A stretch of DNA of 64,000 nt from an uncultured Acidimicrobiales bacterium. GTDB lineage: Bacteria; Actinomycetota; Acidimicrobiia; Acidimicrobiales; SZUA-35. Below are positions 18,254 to 27,691 of this stretch, piece after piece. Every line of letters starts with the position of its first letter. Position 1 is the first letter of the stretch. The stretch lies in contig CALKTH010000005.1 of assembly GCA_937997485.1 (NCBI GenBank), positions 2,812 through 66,811 on the forward strand, written 5' to 3'. The translations under genes were made by a program, and so were the position numbers. Under the pieces are notes generated by a model that worked only from the letters and a program-made list of their open reading frames with translations, was not told the origin of the DNA and ran no database searches.

Positions 18254-19213
18254 TCAGTTCTTCTCCACCAGCATGACGATGGGGAGGGGCGAGCCGATCG
18301 CGTCCAGGCGGCGGAGCAGAGCGTCGACCTTGCGGCGGGGGAGCTCTCCCTTACCCAGTACGAGTACGACCGACGAGGCGTCGCTGATGCTCTCGGTTGC
18401 CTCTGGCTCCGAAACGACGCCTCCATCGTGCACTTCGACCGAGAGCTCGGAGGTGAGCGTCTTTGCCACATCGCTTGCTCGGGAAGCTGAGGCGGCGCCG
18501 ATCACGGCGATCGGGCCTTCGAATGATCTCAGTGGACGAACGAGCCGGTCCGTTCTGTCTGCCAACGGCAGCAGGCCCTTGCCGTCATCCGTCGTGTCCA
18601 CCCAGCGGGAGACTCGTCCGGCGAATTCGGGGTGATCGGTGCGCCGCAAGCGACCGAAGGTGCGATCGAAGGCGGGGACGACCGCCAAGCCCAAGAGCAG
18701 ACCAAGGAAGCCGCCGGTCGCGGCAAGGACCGAACGGTTGACCACGGACGGCGGCTCGGCTCGGTCGATGATCTCCACCGGCACCTCAGGTTCCCGTGCC
18801 AGCATCAACTCGGCGAGACGATTGGCGCCATCGGCGGCGGCCTGGGGATCGTCGGCGCTGACATCAACCCGCATCGTCGACTGGGTGACCGTGGCGCGGT
18901 CGGAGCCGCGTACATCGAGCGTGCCCGTGGCCAGTCCAAGTTCTTGCTCGGCTTGGGCGATCAGCTCACCGTCGTCGAGCGCTCCGGCCATGCGCAGCAT
19001 GTTCGCTTCGTGAAAGGGCCAGTTCGATTCTTCGGTGATGGCGATCGTCGCCTGTGCAGGCGAGCGCACAGGGAGCGCCTCGGCGATGGCTGGTGCCAGG
19101 GCGAATCCGAGTGCGCCCAGGGCGAGGATGATGGGCGACCATCGAACGAGCGTGCGCGCCGAACTCAGCCAATCCGCGCCGCCGGTTCCCATCGTCCACT
19201 CCGCCGAGTCCAC
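18254..19213 (-). CDS. Wzz/Wzc-like chain-length regulator (second paralog)
   Basis: Same layout as 12676-13908 (WPF/WPLF motif, DPQAAADGANRLA, IIDRAEPP, TM, truncated kinase-like tail). Confidence 0.7.
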   Translation of the reverse strand: MDSAEWTMGTGGADWLSSARTLVRWSPIILALGALGFALAPAIAEALPVRSPAQATIAITEESNWPFHEANMLRMAGALDDGELIAQAEQELGLATGTLDVRGSDRATVTQSTMRVDVSADDPQAAADGANRLAELMLAREPEVPVEIIDRAEPPSVVNRSVLAATGGFLGLLLGLAVVPAFDRTFGRLRRTDHPEFAGRVSRWVDTTDDGKGLLPLADRTDRLVRPLRSFEGPIAVIGAASASRASDVAKTLTSELSVEVHDGGVVSEPEATESISDASSVVLVLGKGELPRRKVDALLRRLDAIGSPLPIVMLVEKN

Positions 19214-19354
19214 CTGCGCACGTTAGGCCGACGATCCAGCCGAGACCACGCAGACGTTGGTGAAGAGCACTCGACCCACGCCACTCGTCTCGGATAGATC
19301 ACCCCCTCACCCGCCGAACCACCCCCACCCGCGCCCCTTTCCACCCACTCTTTT

Positions 19355-19580
19355 CTGTGGGTGCCTGACCCTCACCATCACTGCGCTCCGTCTTGCTGTG
19401 GGTGCCTGACCCTCACCATCACTGATCCGGCCGTTGCCTGACGCCAGGTCGGCGTTTCGCGCAGTCACCTTCACAAAACGCCGACCTCGACTCACCCCCG
19501 GCCGCGGCTGTGGGTGCCTGACCCCCACCGTCACTCTGCTGTGGGTGCCTTCTGTGGGTGCCTGACCCTCACTATCACTG
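19355..19580. repeat. Cluster of ~29-bp direct repeats CTGTGGGTGCCTGACCCTCACCATCACTG with an internal 12-bp inverted repeat
   Basis: Copies at 19355, 19396, 19508, 19539 (partial) and 19552; AGGTCGGCGTTT/AAACGCCGACCT at 19446-19487. Confidence 0.9.
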
Positions 19581-19635
19581 GCCGGGAAGGGCCCGTTCGC
19601 TCGCGCTGATCAGCGAGTCGTGCCAAGGTTGAGGC

Positions 19636-20028
19636 ATGCGTGCGTTCCGAATCGCTCTGCCCACCTCTGATCTCGAGCGATCGAGATCCTTCTATGAGCA
19701 GGTGCTTGATACCGAGGCCGACGACACCGTGCCGTCTCGTTTGTACCTTCACTGCGACGGGTTCATCGTGGCGCTCATCGACTGGGCGATCGAGAACCAC
19801 GGAGAACCATCACCGGTTCGCCCGCTACCGGACAACCTCTACTTCGCGACCGAGGATCTGGACGCCACGCTGGCGCGGGCCATGGATGCCCAAGCGGAAA
19901 TCACCTCACCGATCCAGGTCATGCCGTGGGGCGAGCGTTCGTTCTACTGCACCGACCCGGACGGTCACCCGCTCTGTTTCGTTGATCAGGACACCCTGTT
20001 CCTCGGTCGCGGTGCGGACTGGGGCTGA
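19636..20028 (+). CDS. VOC/glyoxalase family protein
   Basis: DLERSRSFYEQVL, LYFATEDLD, MPWGERSFYCTDPDGH. Confidence 0.9.
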   Translation: MRAFRIALPTSDLERSRSFYEQVLDTEADDTVPSRLYLHCDGFIVALIDWAIENHGEPSPVRPLPDNLYFATEDLDATLARAMDAQAEITSPIQVMPWGERSFYCTDPDGHPLCFVDQDTLFLGRGADWG

Positions 20029-20059
20029 GAGCCACCAAAGACAATGGGTGCACGACCCG

Positions 20060-20485
20060 TCACACTCGATTCCAGTGCTTGGACGAAGACAGCTTTTGGA
20101 GGGACTCTTGGGCGACGTAGAACCGGAGCAGGCCACAGTCGCCGCAGATGACGGGCCGGAGTTTGGCGGACGAGAATCGTCCCGTGGAGAGCTTGGGCAG
20201 CAGCTCTCCACCGATCGTGGTGGAATCGACCACGTCGGCGGACTGAAAGACCTGATCTGACGAGCATTCCGGGCACGTTGACATCTTTGACTCCTTGTCG
20301 TCGAGGTCCTGAATATTGAGATCGAGTGCGTCAGCGACGGCTCGCTTGGATCGAAGCGAAGCAGTAGCGGTGCGTTCGATTCGTTGAATCGTCCGCAGAT
20401 TCAGCTCCGCCGCAGCGGCGAGCTCCTCCTGAGACCAGCCGCGTGCCAACCTCGCCTCAAGAACTCGCTTGGCATCTACGTTCAT
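20060..20485 (-). CDS. XRE-family HTH regulator with C-terminal zinc ribbon
   Basis: RGWSQEELAAAAELNLRTIQRIE; CPEC...CGDCG. Confidence 0.85.
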   Translation of the reverse strand: MNVDAKRVLEARLARGWSQEELAAAAELNLRTIQRIERTATASLRSKRAVADALDLNIQDLDDKESKMSTCPECSSDQVFQSADVVDSTTIGGELLPKLSTGRFSSAKLRPVICGDCGLLRFYVAQESLQKLSSSKHWNRV

Positions 20486-20627
20486 CTGGTTCTCCCGACG
20501 TTGGTGTGGACCTGACCGCAGCGTCCGCGAGTTGAGCGAAAACCGCCACGGCGTCTCGGCGACTTGTGCACGTCACCAGTACGACATTCTTACGACAGTT
20601 GCCGCGATTGCGTCCTCAGAGACGACC

Positions 20628-20668
20628 CAAAACGAGAGCGGCCGCTCGCCGGGAGGGCGAGCGGCCGT
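20628..20668 (-). terminator. Intrinsic terminator after the SPFH gene
   Basis: CGGCCGCTCGCC/GGCGAGCGGCCG stem followed by TCTCGTTTT on the minus strand. Confidence 0.65.
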
Positions 20669-20688
20669 TGCTCAGTCAGTGTCTCGGA

Positions 20689-21780
20689 TCAGCCGCCCGG
20701 AGGCGGGGGCGTCCGTGGTGGTGCCGGCTGTGCCGGGGGAGTTGGAGGCACGGCCCGCTGAGCAACTCGCGGAGTTGCTGCGGCTGCCGGGGTGGCCTTC
20801 GGGGTAGATGCGGCCGGCGCGGACGCCGTGCCGCTGGGCCCGCCGTCGCGCAGCATCTCGGCGATGCCACCGATCGAGCCCAATGTTGCACTCATGTCGG
20901 CAGGCACGAAGATCTTCGTGGCCTGGCCGTCGGCGATGCCCTGGAGGGCTTCGAGGTACTTGATAGCGATCACACGATCGTCGGTACCGGAGTTGATGAT
21001 GGCGGCGTAGACCGATTCGATGGCGTGCGCCTCACCGGCAGCCACCACTTCCTGACGGAACTGCTCGGCTTCAGCCTGCGTACGGACGGCCTGGGCTTGA
21101 CCCTCTGCTCGAAGGATGTCTTTCTGACGCTGACCTTCGGCAGTGAGAATGGCGGCGGTCTTATCGCCTTCGGCCCGAGTCACGGCTGCTTCACGAGCAC
21201 CCTCAGCCTCGGTGACCACAGCACGACGTGTGCGCTCGGCCTTCATCTGCTCGTGCATGGCGTTCATGACGTCCTGCGGCGGATCGATGCGCTGGATCTC
21301 CACACGCACGACTCGCACACCCCACTTGTCGGTGGCGTCATCGAGGATCTGGCGCAGCGTGCCATTGACTCGCTCACGAGAGGTGAAAGCTTCGTCCAAA
21401 CTCATCTCGCCGATGACGTTACGAAGGTTGGTCTGTGCCAGCTTCGTCACGGCCAGGATGAAGTTCGAGATGTTGTAGAGCAGACGCTGGGGATCGGTCG
21501 GCTCGAAGTACACCACGGCGTCCACGGCCGCAGCCACGTTGTCCTGGGTGATCACTTCCTGCGGCGGAACGTCGATGACCTGCTCACGCATGTCGACCTT
21601 CCGCAGCTTCTCGATGAACGGAACGATGAAACGGAGGCCGGGGTCAACCGTCTCCTTGTACTTACCGAGGCGTTCTACGACGCCCTTCTGATACGGGGAC
21701 ACGATCTTGATCGCTGCTGCCACATAGACAAACAGCAGGACCACGATGATGACCAGAATGCCGCCGAGTACGGGGGCCAT
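20689..21780 (-). CDS. SPFH/band 7 (stomatin, QmcA-like) protein
   Basis: [42 protein letters not shown]; Pro/Ala tail. Confidence 0.93.
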   Translation of the reverse strand: MAPVLGGILVIIVVLLFVYVAAAIKIVSPYQKGVVERLGKYKETVDPGLRFIVPFIEKLRKVDMREQVIDVPPQEVITQDNVAAAVDAVVYFEPTDPQRLLYNISNFILAVTKLAQTNLRNVIGEMSLDEAFTSRERVNGTLRQILDDATDKWGVRVVRVEIQRIDPPQDVMNAMHEQMKAERTRRAVVTEAEGAREAAVTRAEGDKTAAILTAEGQRQKDILRAEGQAQAVRTQAEAEQFRQEVVAAGEAHAIESVYAAIINSGTDDRVIAIKYLEALQGIADGQATKIFVPADMSATLGSIGGIAEMLRDGGPSGTASAPAASTPKATPAAAATPRVAQRAVPPTPPAQPAPPRTPPPPGG

Positions 21781-21881
21781 GGGTTGCTCGCTTTCCTTGG
21801 GTTGGGGAGGGACGATGTGTGAGAGGTGAATACGGGTGCCGGGCGCATGAAGCGTCCGAGCAATTGGGTGCTGAGATCGCC

Positions 21882-22361
21882 CTACACGAAGCGATCGAGG
21901 CCGGCAGCAGGGGCGGGTTCAACGATGACTCGAGTGCCCCGAACCTCGACGATGCGAATCTCGGTGCCCTGCGGGAGGCCCATCTCGTTGGCGCTTTCTG
22001 CTTTCCATTCCTCGCCGCCGGCCTTGATATCGCCCGTTCCGGACGGTCCTGCGGGAATGGAATTGGTCACAATGCCTTCATGGCCGATGAGCCGATTCGC
22101 ACCGACACCGACCTTCTCGGGGAGGTCGAGATCGAGGCGTCGGGCGTAGGGCTTGAGGCCGACGAAGGCCCCGATTGAACCCACCACGAAGACCGCCCAC
22201 GAAACAGCCAAAGGCGCACCAAACAGGCTGACCAGGCCAGCTGCGGCCGCGCCGAGGGCAAACGGAATGAGAAAGAAGGAGCCTGCAAGTGCCATCTCGC
22301 CGATGCCGAGCGTGACCGCCGCGGCCAACCAGATGCCGGCCCAAACCAATGGATCGTCCAT
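21882..22361 (-). CDS. NfeD family protein
   Basis: Three TM helices, [19 protein letters not shown]; adjacent to SPFH gene. Confidence 0.9.
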   Translation of the reverse strand: MDDPLVWAGIWLAAAVTLGIGEMALAGSFFLIPFALGAAAAGLVSLFGAPLAVSWAVFVVGSIGAFVGLKPYARRLDLDLPEKVGVGANRLIGHEGIVTNSIPAGPSGTGDIKAGGEEWKAESANEMGLPQGTEIRIVEVRGTRVIVEPAPAAGLDRFV

Positions 22362-22451
22362 GTTCCTGTCGTCACTTTCCTACTGCGTTGAAGATGACAC
22401 TACTAACGACACGTGAGGGGCAGGGGGTTCCCGCCCGTTACCGTTTTCTCA

Positions 22452-23543
22452 ATGGCCCGGTTGCTGACCATTCATGCTCATCCCGACGACGAAGCTTCCA
22501 AGGGTGCTCCCACCTGCGGCCGCTATGTGAGCGAGGGCCATGAGGCCGTCCTCGTGTGCGCCACAGGCGGCGAAGAAGGAGACATCCAGAACCCGGCGAT
22601 GGATCGGCCCGAGATCAAAGAAAACATGGCAGCGGTGCGGGCCGACGAGCTCGCGGCCTCCGTAGAGGCCATTGGTTTCTCCGACTGCATCATGCTTGGT
22701 TACCGAGACTCCGGCATGGAAGCTGACCCGGCCAACGCCAACCCCGAGTGCTTCTGGCAGGCCGATCTCGATGAGGCGACCGAACGGTTTGTGGCCATCA
22801 TCCGTCGGGTTCGGCCCCACATCCTCATGACGTATGGCGATGACCAGCAGGGATATCGCCACCCGGACCACCTTCGGGTGCACGACATCAGCTACCTGGC
22901 GTGGCAGCGAGCCGGTGATCCCGCCTGGTACCCCGAGGCCGGAGAGCCCTGGGTTCCCCAAAAGCTGTATTACTCCACCTGGAGCCGGGCCCGACTCGCC
23001 GCCCACCATGCCAAGTTCCAAGAGCTGGGCAAGGACTCTCCGTACAACGACCGTTGGTTCGAGCGCCCCGATCAAGATCACCGAATCAACGCCAAGGTTG
23101 ATGTCACCGGCTTCTACGGCGTTCGCCGCGCTGCTCTTCTTGCCCACGCCACCCAGGTCGACCCGAACGAGAAGTTCTGGTTCGGGCTGGACGATGCCGA
23201 CGCCGAAGCGGCGTATCCCTATGAGGACTTCATCCTTGCCGAGTCCCGCGTGGGCCGAGTGCCCGCTGGTGGCGAAGATCTCGAACACGATCTCTTCCAC
23301 GACGTGGTCGAAGCCGGGCTCGAGCCGGTGGCTGAAGATCCCGCCGCTAGCGCCCGGGCCATCGCCACGGTCCAGACCGATCACCAGAACGCCGCAGACA
23401 AGGCAGCCGAGGCCGCAGCCCGTGCCGCAGAGTTGGCCGAGGCCGCACGAGCCAGCGCCGAACGAATGAGCGATGCCGCGGCGACCGCTGCTGCACGCGC
23501 CAGCGACAACACCGTTGAGACCGCCGCAGGAGATGCAGCATGA
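22452..23543 (+). CDS. mca: Mycothiol conjugate amidase (PIG-L family)
   Basis: HAHPDDEASKG, TGGEEGDIQNP, LGYRDSGM, HPDH, ALLAHATQVDP; Ala-rich C-terminal extension. Confidence 0.85.
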   Translation: MARLLTIHAHPDDEASKGAPTCGRYVSEGHEAVLVCATGGEEGDIQNPAMDRPEIKENMAAVRADELAASVEAIGFSDCIMLGYRDSGMEADPANANPECFWQADLDEATERFVAIIRRVRPHILMTYGDDQQGYRHPDHLRVHDISYLAWQRAGDPAWYPEAGEPWVPQKLYYSTWSRARLAAHHAKFQELGKDSPYNDRWFERPDQDHRINAKVDVTGFYGVRRAALLAHATQVDPNEKFWFGLDDADAEAAYPYEDFILAESRVGRVPAGGEDLEHDLFHDVVEAGLEPVAEDPAASARAIATVQTDHQNAADKAAEAAARAAELAEAARASAERMSDAAATAAARASDNTVETAAGDAA

Positions 23544-23890
23544 ACGCACGATTCAGTTCAGAGGCCTTCAGCGACGAGTGGGTGGCAGAGATGATTGCCG
23601 CCCATGCAGAACGGCCCGCCGTGCCCGGTCTCTCGGGTGTTGTCGGACTCGGTGTCGGGAAGAAGGTGGCTGTCGTAGTCTCGATCACCGACGGCCGGAT
23701 CACCGGCTCGGTCGACCTGAGCGGCGCTGGCGATGACGTCGAACCTGGCGTGACGATTCCCTTCAGCGGCGCTCAAGTCGAAGCCTGGCAATCGGGTGAG
23801 CTCGACCTCTCCGAGGCCTACATGATGGGCGATCTCAAGCCCGTGGGATCGACCGGCGCGCTGCTCGCAGCGTTCACCGCACTCGGATAG
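23540..23890 (+). CDS. SCP2 sterol-binding domain protein
   Basis: FSDEW, GELDLSEAYMMGDLKPVG. Confidence 0.7.
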   Translation: MNARFSSEAFSDEWVAEMIAAHAERPAVPGLSGVVGLGVGKKVAVVVSITDGRITGSVDLSGAGDDVEPGVTIPFSGAQVEAWQSGELDLSEAYMMGDLKPVGSTGALLAAFTALG

Positions 23891-23895
23891 CCGTC

Positions 23896-24474
23896 ATGAA
23901 GAAGTTGCGTTTGCCCGGACGCGGAAGCTGCGAACCGATCACGCTGTGGGGAAACCCCGTGCTCCGGACACCGGCCACACCGGTGACGGTGTTCGACAAG
24001 TCGATCACCCTGCTCGTGGCCCAGATGTTTGAAACCATGTACGCCATCGAAACCGGCGTTGGCCTTGCCGCCAACCAGATCGGACGCTCCGAAAGCGTCT
24101 TCGTCTTCGACTGCCAGGACGACGTCGTCGGTCACGTCATCAACCCAGTGATCGAGATCATCGGCATCGACATCCAAGACGGCCACGAAGGCTGCCTTTC
24201 CCTCCCCGGGCATCAGGCACCAACCGTCCGCTTCGAGCGATGCCGCGTGCGGGGCCAGGACGAGCGCGGAAACGACATCTCCTACGAAGGAGAGGGTCTC
24301 CGGTCCCGAGCCTTCCAACACGAAGCAGACCACCTGAGCGGTGGTCTCTACATCGACCACCTCGCCGACGACGTCCGCAACACGATCGAAGCCGAGATGC
24401 GCACGGCCGAGTGGTACGGCAACAACTCCCTCGACCCCAAGAGCGCCCTCTACAAGCGATATCAGGACGATTAG
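23896..24474 (+). CDS. def: Peptide deformylase
   Basis: GVGLAANQIG, EGCLS, QHEADHL. Confidence 0.95.
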   Translation: MKKLRLPGRGSCEPITLWGNPVLRTPATPVTVFDKSITLLVAQMFETMYAIETGVGLAANQIGRSESVFVFDCQDDVVGHVINPVIEIIGIDIQDGHEGCLSLPGHQAPTVRFERCRVRGQDERGNDISYEGEGLRSRAFQHEADHLSGGLYIDHLADDVRNTIEAEMRTAEWYGNNSLDPKSALYKRYQDD

Positions 24475-24480
24475 CTCGGG

Positions 24481-24683
24481 TCGCCCTCGTGTGCTCGGTC
24501 TCCTCGTTCCTCGGAGACCTGCGCGCACTCGGGCGAATCTCTGGTGGTCCTCGCTTCGCTCGAGCTGTTTGTGGCTCTGCTCACGACTTCGTCGTCTCGC
24601 AGAGGGCAAGGGGACTCCGTCGCCCCTTGCGACCCCCTGATGGGGCTGCGCCCCTACGTCCCCCTGCCGGGCTGCGCCCTGGC
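24481..24683. repeat. Array of GC-rich hairpins between convergent genes
   Basis: At least five stem-loops, including GGTCTCC-TCGTTCCTC-GGAGACC, GCAAGGGG/CCCCTTGC and GGGC-TGC-GCCC twice. Confidence 0.55.
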
Positions 24684-24686
24684 GAA

Positions 24687-25517
24687 CTACGAGGAGCGTT
24701 GGGCGGTGCGGAGGGCTCGGTAGGTGGTGAGGGTGGCTCCGGAGCGGTCGAGGGCGGCTCGGAAGCTCCAGTCTTGGGTGACCAGGTGAGCGTCGGCCAC
24801 TCGCTGGGCCCATTGTGGGGTGATGGCTCGCAGTTCCGGGGTGTCCTCGGCCGGTCGAACATGCAGCTCGGTGACACCGACGGGAAGATCGCGGATCATG
24901 GCTTCGATCGCAGCGCGAGAGGAGCCAGGCAGCGGGACCGCAACCTCGGCGTCAGGAACCAGCACTCCCTCTTCCGCAGCCAGCGTGCGAGCCTCGAATC
25001 CGAGGTCGACCGCCGGGTCCGGCAGGCTGATCGGAAGCTCGAACTCGAGTGCCAGGTCGAGGAAGATGTCGAAGAACTCTGGCCGGGAACACAACGCACC
25101 GAGATGGGCCGACAGATGCGTCACATCGAAGCCCCACAACACCGCCCGTTCGATCTGGGCCCGACATTCACGCCGGGTCTCTTCGAGATCGGCGTGCTCC
25201 CACAGGTCGGTCGGGGTTTTGGGGAATCCGCCGTTGCCGTCGAGGAGCGACGGAGCCTGGGTCACCGGACCCCAGCGATAGAGGTCGTACTCGGCGTTGA
25301 CGGTGAGCGCGACACCAACGTCTTCGCCGTGATACTCCGCGGCGGCGCCCCGGGCCCATGGCGCCGGCACCTGCAGGCCGGCGCTGGTGGCGACGCCGTC
25401 GCGCATGGCTCGGTAGCAGCCGATGTTCGCGGCGTTACTGGATCCGAGCCCGTCGGCCACGATCAGCACGAGCTTGGCATCGGCAGAAAAGCCGAGGCGT
25501 TCGAGTGCAGAGGGCAT
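24687..25517 (-). CDS. ChbG/HpnK (YdjC) family deacetylase
   Basis: LIVADGLG, ECRAQIE, VTHLSAH, GVTELHVRP; some canonical Asp/His residues are substituted. Confidence 0.8.
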   Translation of the reverse strand: MPSALERLGFSADAKLVLIVADGLGSSNAANIGCYRAMRDGVATSAGLQVPAPWARGAAAEYHGEDVGVALTVNAEYDLYRWGPVTQAPSLLDGNGGFPKTPTDLWEHADLEETRRECRAQIERAVLWGFDVTHLSAHLGALCSRPEFFDIFLDLALEFELPISLPDPAVDLGFEARTLAAEEGVLVPDAEVAVPLPGSSRAAIEAMIRDLPVGVTELHVRPAEDTPELRAITPQWAQRVADAHLVTQDWSFRAALDRSGATLTTYRALRTAQRSS

Positions 25518-25528
25518 GGAAGGCAACG

Positions 25529-26086
25529 CTACTCCAGGGGTTGGTCGGGTCCGTCACACTGACCCCAGAGGCCAACCGCTTCTGACCGTGCCTTGTTCCG
25601 TAGCTGCGTGAACTCTCGCTCGAATGTCGTGTTGGGTTCGAAGAAGAGCGCATCGGCGAACCCAGATTCGACGAGCCACCGGTTGACGAAGAGGTCATCT
25701 TCCGCTCGGTGGATGTAGACGAGAAGCCGGCCGAATCGGTCTCGGGCCTCGTCGTCGCGTGTCAATCGAACCTCGGTGCCAATGGGCAGCAGTCCCTTGA
25801 GCGCCTGAGATGCTTCTTCTCCGTAGCACTGCACTGGTGTTGACTCACTCACGGTTTCCGGCGTGTCGATGCCGATGAGTCGGGCGCGTTCTTCCTGCCC
25901 GTCGATGATGAGATCGACGGTGTCGCCGTCGATCACGAACTCGACAACACCAATCGACGCATCAGCGGTCGTTGGTGAGGACGAGACGCCGGTGCAGCTC
26001 GCCGCCAAGACGGCAAACGCAACGAGAAACTTGAGGCGTGCGAGCGGAGCGCGACCGGGGTTGCGCGGTCGGGTGAGACCCGGCAC
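25529..26086 (-). CDS. Thermonuclease (SNase) family lipoprotein
   Basis: Lipobox LAASC, VIDGDT, RLIGIDTPE, DRFGRLLVY, GLW. Confidence 0.9.
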   Translation of the reverse strand: MPGLTRPRNPGRAPLARLKFLVAFAVLAASCTGVSSSPTTADASIGVVEFVIDGDTVDLIIDGQEERARLIGIDTPETVSESTPVQCYGEEASQALKGLLPIGTEVRLTRDDEARDRFGRLLVYIHRAEDDLFVNRWLVESGFADALFFEPNTTFEREFTQLRNKARSEAVGLWGQCDGPDQPLE

Positions 26087-26117
26087 AAACCTCAGGCGAC
26101 GCTCCGCTTCGACGGAC

Positions 26118-27311
26118 TTACAGGCGTTCGATGAGCGTGCCGGTGCCAAGTCCACCACCACAGCACATCGTCACGAGGGCGGTCTGTTTGTCGGCCCGCT
26201 CCAGCTCGTGCACAGCCTTGGTCATGAGGAAGGCTCCGGTGCCTCCGAGGGGGTGGCCGAGCGCAATCGCACCACCGTTGGGATTGATGATGTCTCGATC
26301 CACGCCGAGCTCCCGCTCGAATGCGAGCACCACCGAAGCGAAGGCCTCGTTGACCTCGGCCACGTCGATGTCGCCGATCGACATGTTGTTGCGGGCCAAG
26401 AGGTGCTGCGTGGCGTCGATCGGGCCGGTGAGCATGAGGACGGGATCGGTGCCCACGTTGCATGTATCGATGATGCGAGCCTTCGGCGTGAGGCCAAGCT
26501 CCTTGGCCTTCGCGGCGGTCATCAGCATCACCGCTGCGGCGCCGTCGGAGATCTGGGAGGAGTTGCCGGCCGTGTGCACACCGTTCTCCCGGGCCACCGG
26601 CTTGAGCTTGGCCAGCCCCTCGATTGTGGTGTCTCGGAGGCCTTCGTCTCGAGCGACGTGGTGCGTTGACTCGAGAATGTTTCCGTCTTCGTCGGCGTCG
26701 GGCGCATCGAGAGGGAGGACCTGCGTGCCGAAGCGGTCCTCGGCCCAGGCTTGCGCTGCGAGCTGCTGGGATCGCAGGCCAAATTCGTCGGTATCGGCCC
26801 GAGTGATGCCCCACTTGTCGGCAATGCGCTCGGCGCCTTCGAACTGGCTCGTCATTTCGTACTGCTCGAAGTACGGCTTGGGGATTGGCGTGCCGAGCCC
26901 GAGTTTCTTGTTGCCGCCGACGCCGATCGGGATACGACTCATCACCTCGACGCCAGAGGCCACGGCTGCGTCGACGACGCCAGCGCCGACCAGTGCAGCG
27001 GCCATGTTGGTGGCCTGCTGTGAAGAACCGCACTGGGCATCGACGGTGGTGTTGGCAACGGTGAGGGGGAGCCCTGCGCTCAGCCACGCCGTGCGACCGA
27101 TGTTGAACGCTTGCTCGCCGACCTGGCTCACGCAGCCGGTGACGACCTGGCCGATCTCGGCAGGATCAATGCCGGTTCGCTCCACGAGGCCCTTCTGGGC
27201 GTGTGCGAGCACGTCGGCGGGATGCATGGTGGACAGGCCGCCGTTGCGCCTCCCAATCGGGGTGCGGACGGCGTCGACGATCACGATGTCGGTGGGAGCA
27301 AGCTCAGTCAT
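26118..27311 (-). CDS. Acetyl-CoA C-acyltransferase (thiolase)
   Basis: DAVRTPIG, QCGSSQQA, NEAFA, GGAIALGHPLG, MCCGGG. Confidence 0.95.
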   Translation of the reverse strand: MTELAPTDIVIVDAVRTPIGRRNGGLSTMHPADVLAHAQKGLVERTGIDPAEIGQVVTGCVSQVGEQAFNIGRTAWLSAGLPLTVANTTVDAQCGSSQQATNMAAALVGAGVVDAAVASGVEVMSRIPIGVGGNKKLGLGTPIPKPYFEQYEMTSQFEGAERIADKWGITRADTDEFGLRSQQLAAQAWAEDRFGTQVLPLDAPDADEDGNILESTHHVARDEGLRDTTIEGLAKLKPVARENGVHTAGNSSQISDGAAAVMLMTAAKAKELGLTPKARIIDTCNVGTDPVLMLTGPIDATQHLLARNNMSIGDIDVAEVNEAFASVVLAFERELGVDRDIINPNGGAIALGHPLGGTGAFLMTKAVHELERADKQTALVTMCCGGGLGTGTLIERL

Positions 27312-27352
27312 GGCGAGAGGGTAGGGCTGAGGTCGACGTGGAAACCAAACGA

Positions 27353-27550
27353 TCAGGCGGCGAGATCGGCCATCGGGGTGTCTGCAGCGACGCTTTCGGC
27401 GGCGAGTCGAGCGTTCTGCTCGGCGGTGCGCTCAGCGAGGATGGCCCGTGCCTTCGCCAGACCGGTGAGGCCGATTCGGCGGGTTTCGGCATCGATCTTC
27501 CAAGGACGATCGGTGGTGACGAGCGTGAGTTGGAGGGGCGTGTTCTTCAT
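27353..27550 (-). CDS. Small hypothetical protein (65 aa)
   Basis: MKNTPLQLTLV...WKIDAETRRIGLTGLAKARAIL; the 3' end of the 565-aa track ORF that does not overlap the ligase. Confidence 0.6.
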   Translation of the reverse strand: MKNTPLQLTLVTTDRPWKIDAETRRIGLTGLAKARAILAERTAEQNARLAAESVAADTPMADLAA

Positions 27551-27691
27551 GTGGACGAGTATGAGGAGGGGGTGTGACAGTGATGGTGCGATGTGGGCGT
27601 TTGCGGGGGTGGAGATGGCGGTCGCGAGGCGGAAAAACCCCTTGAAGAGTGGGTTTGGAAGAAATTCGGGAAAGTTCGCTACGTTCTCGGC

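Noticed and set aside
19355-19580. CRISPR array
   Set aside because: Gaps of 12, 83, 3 and 1 nt are not spacer-like, and no cas genes are present.
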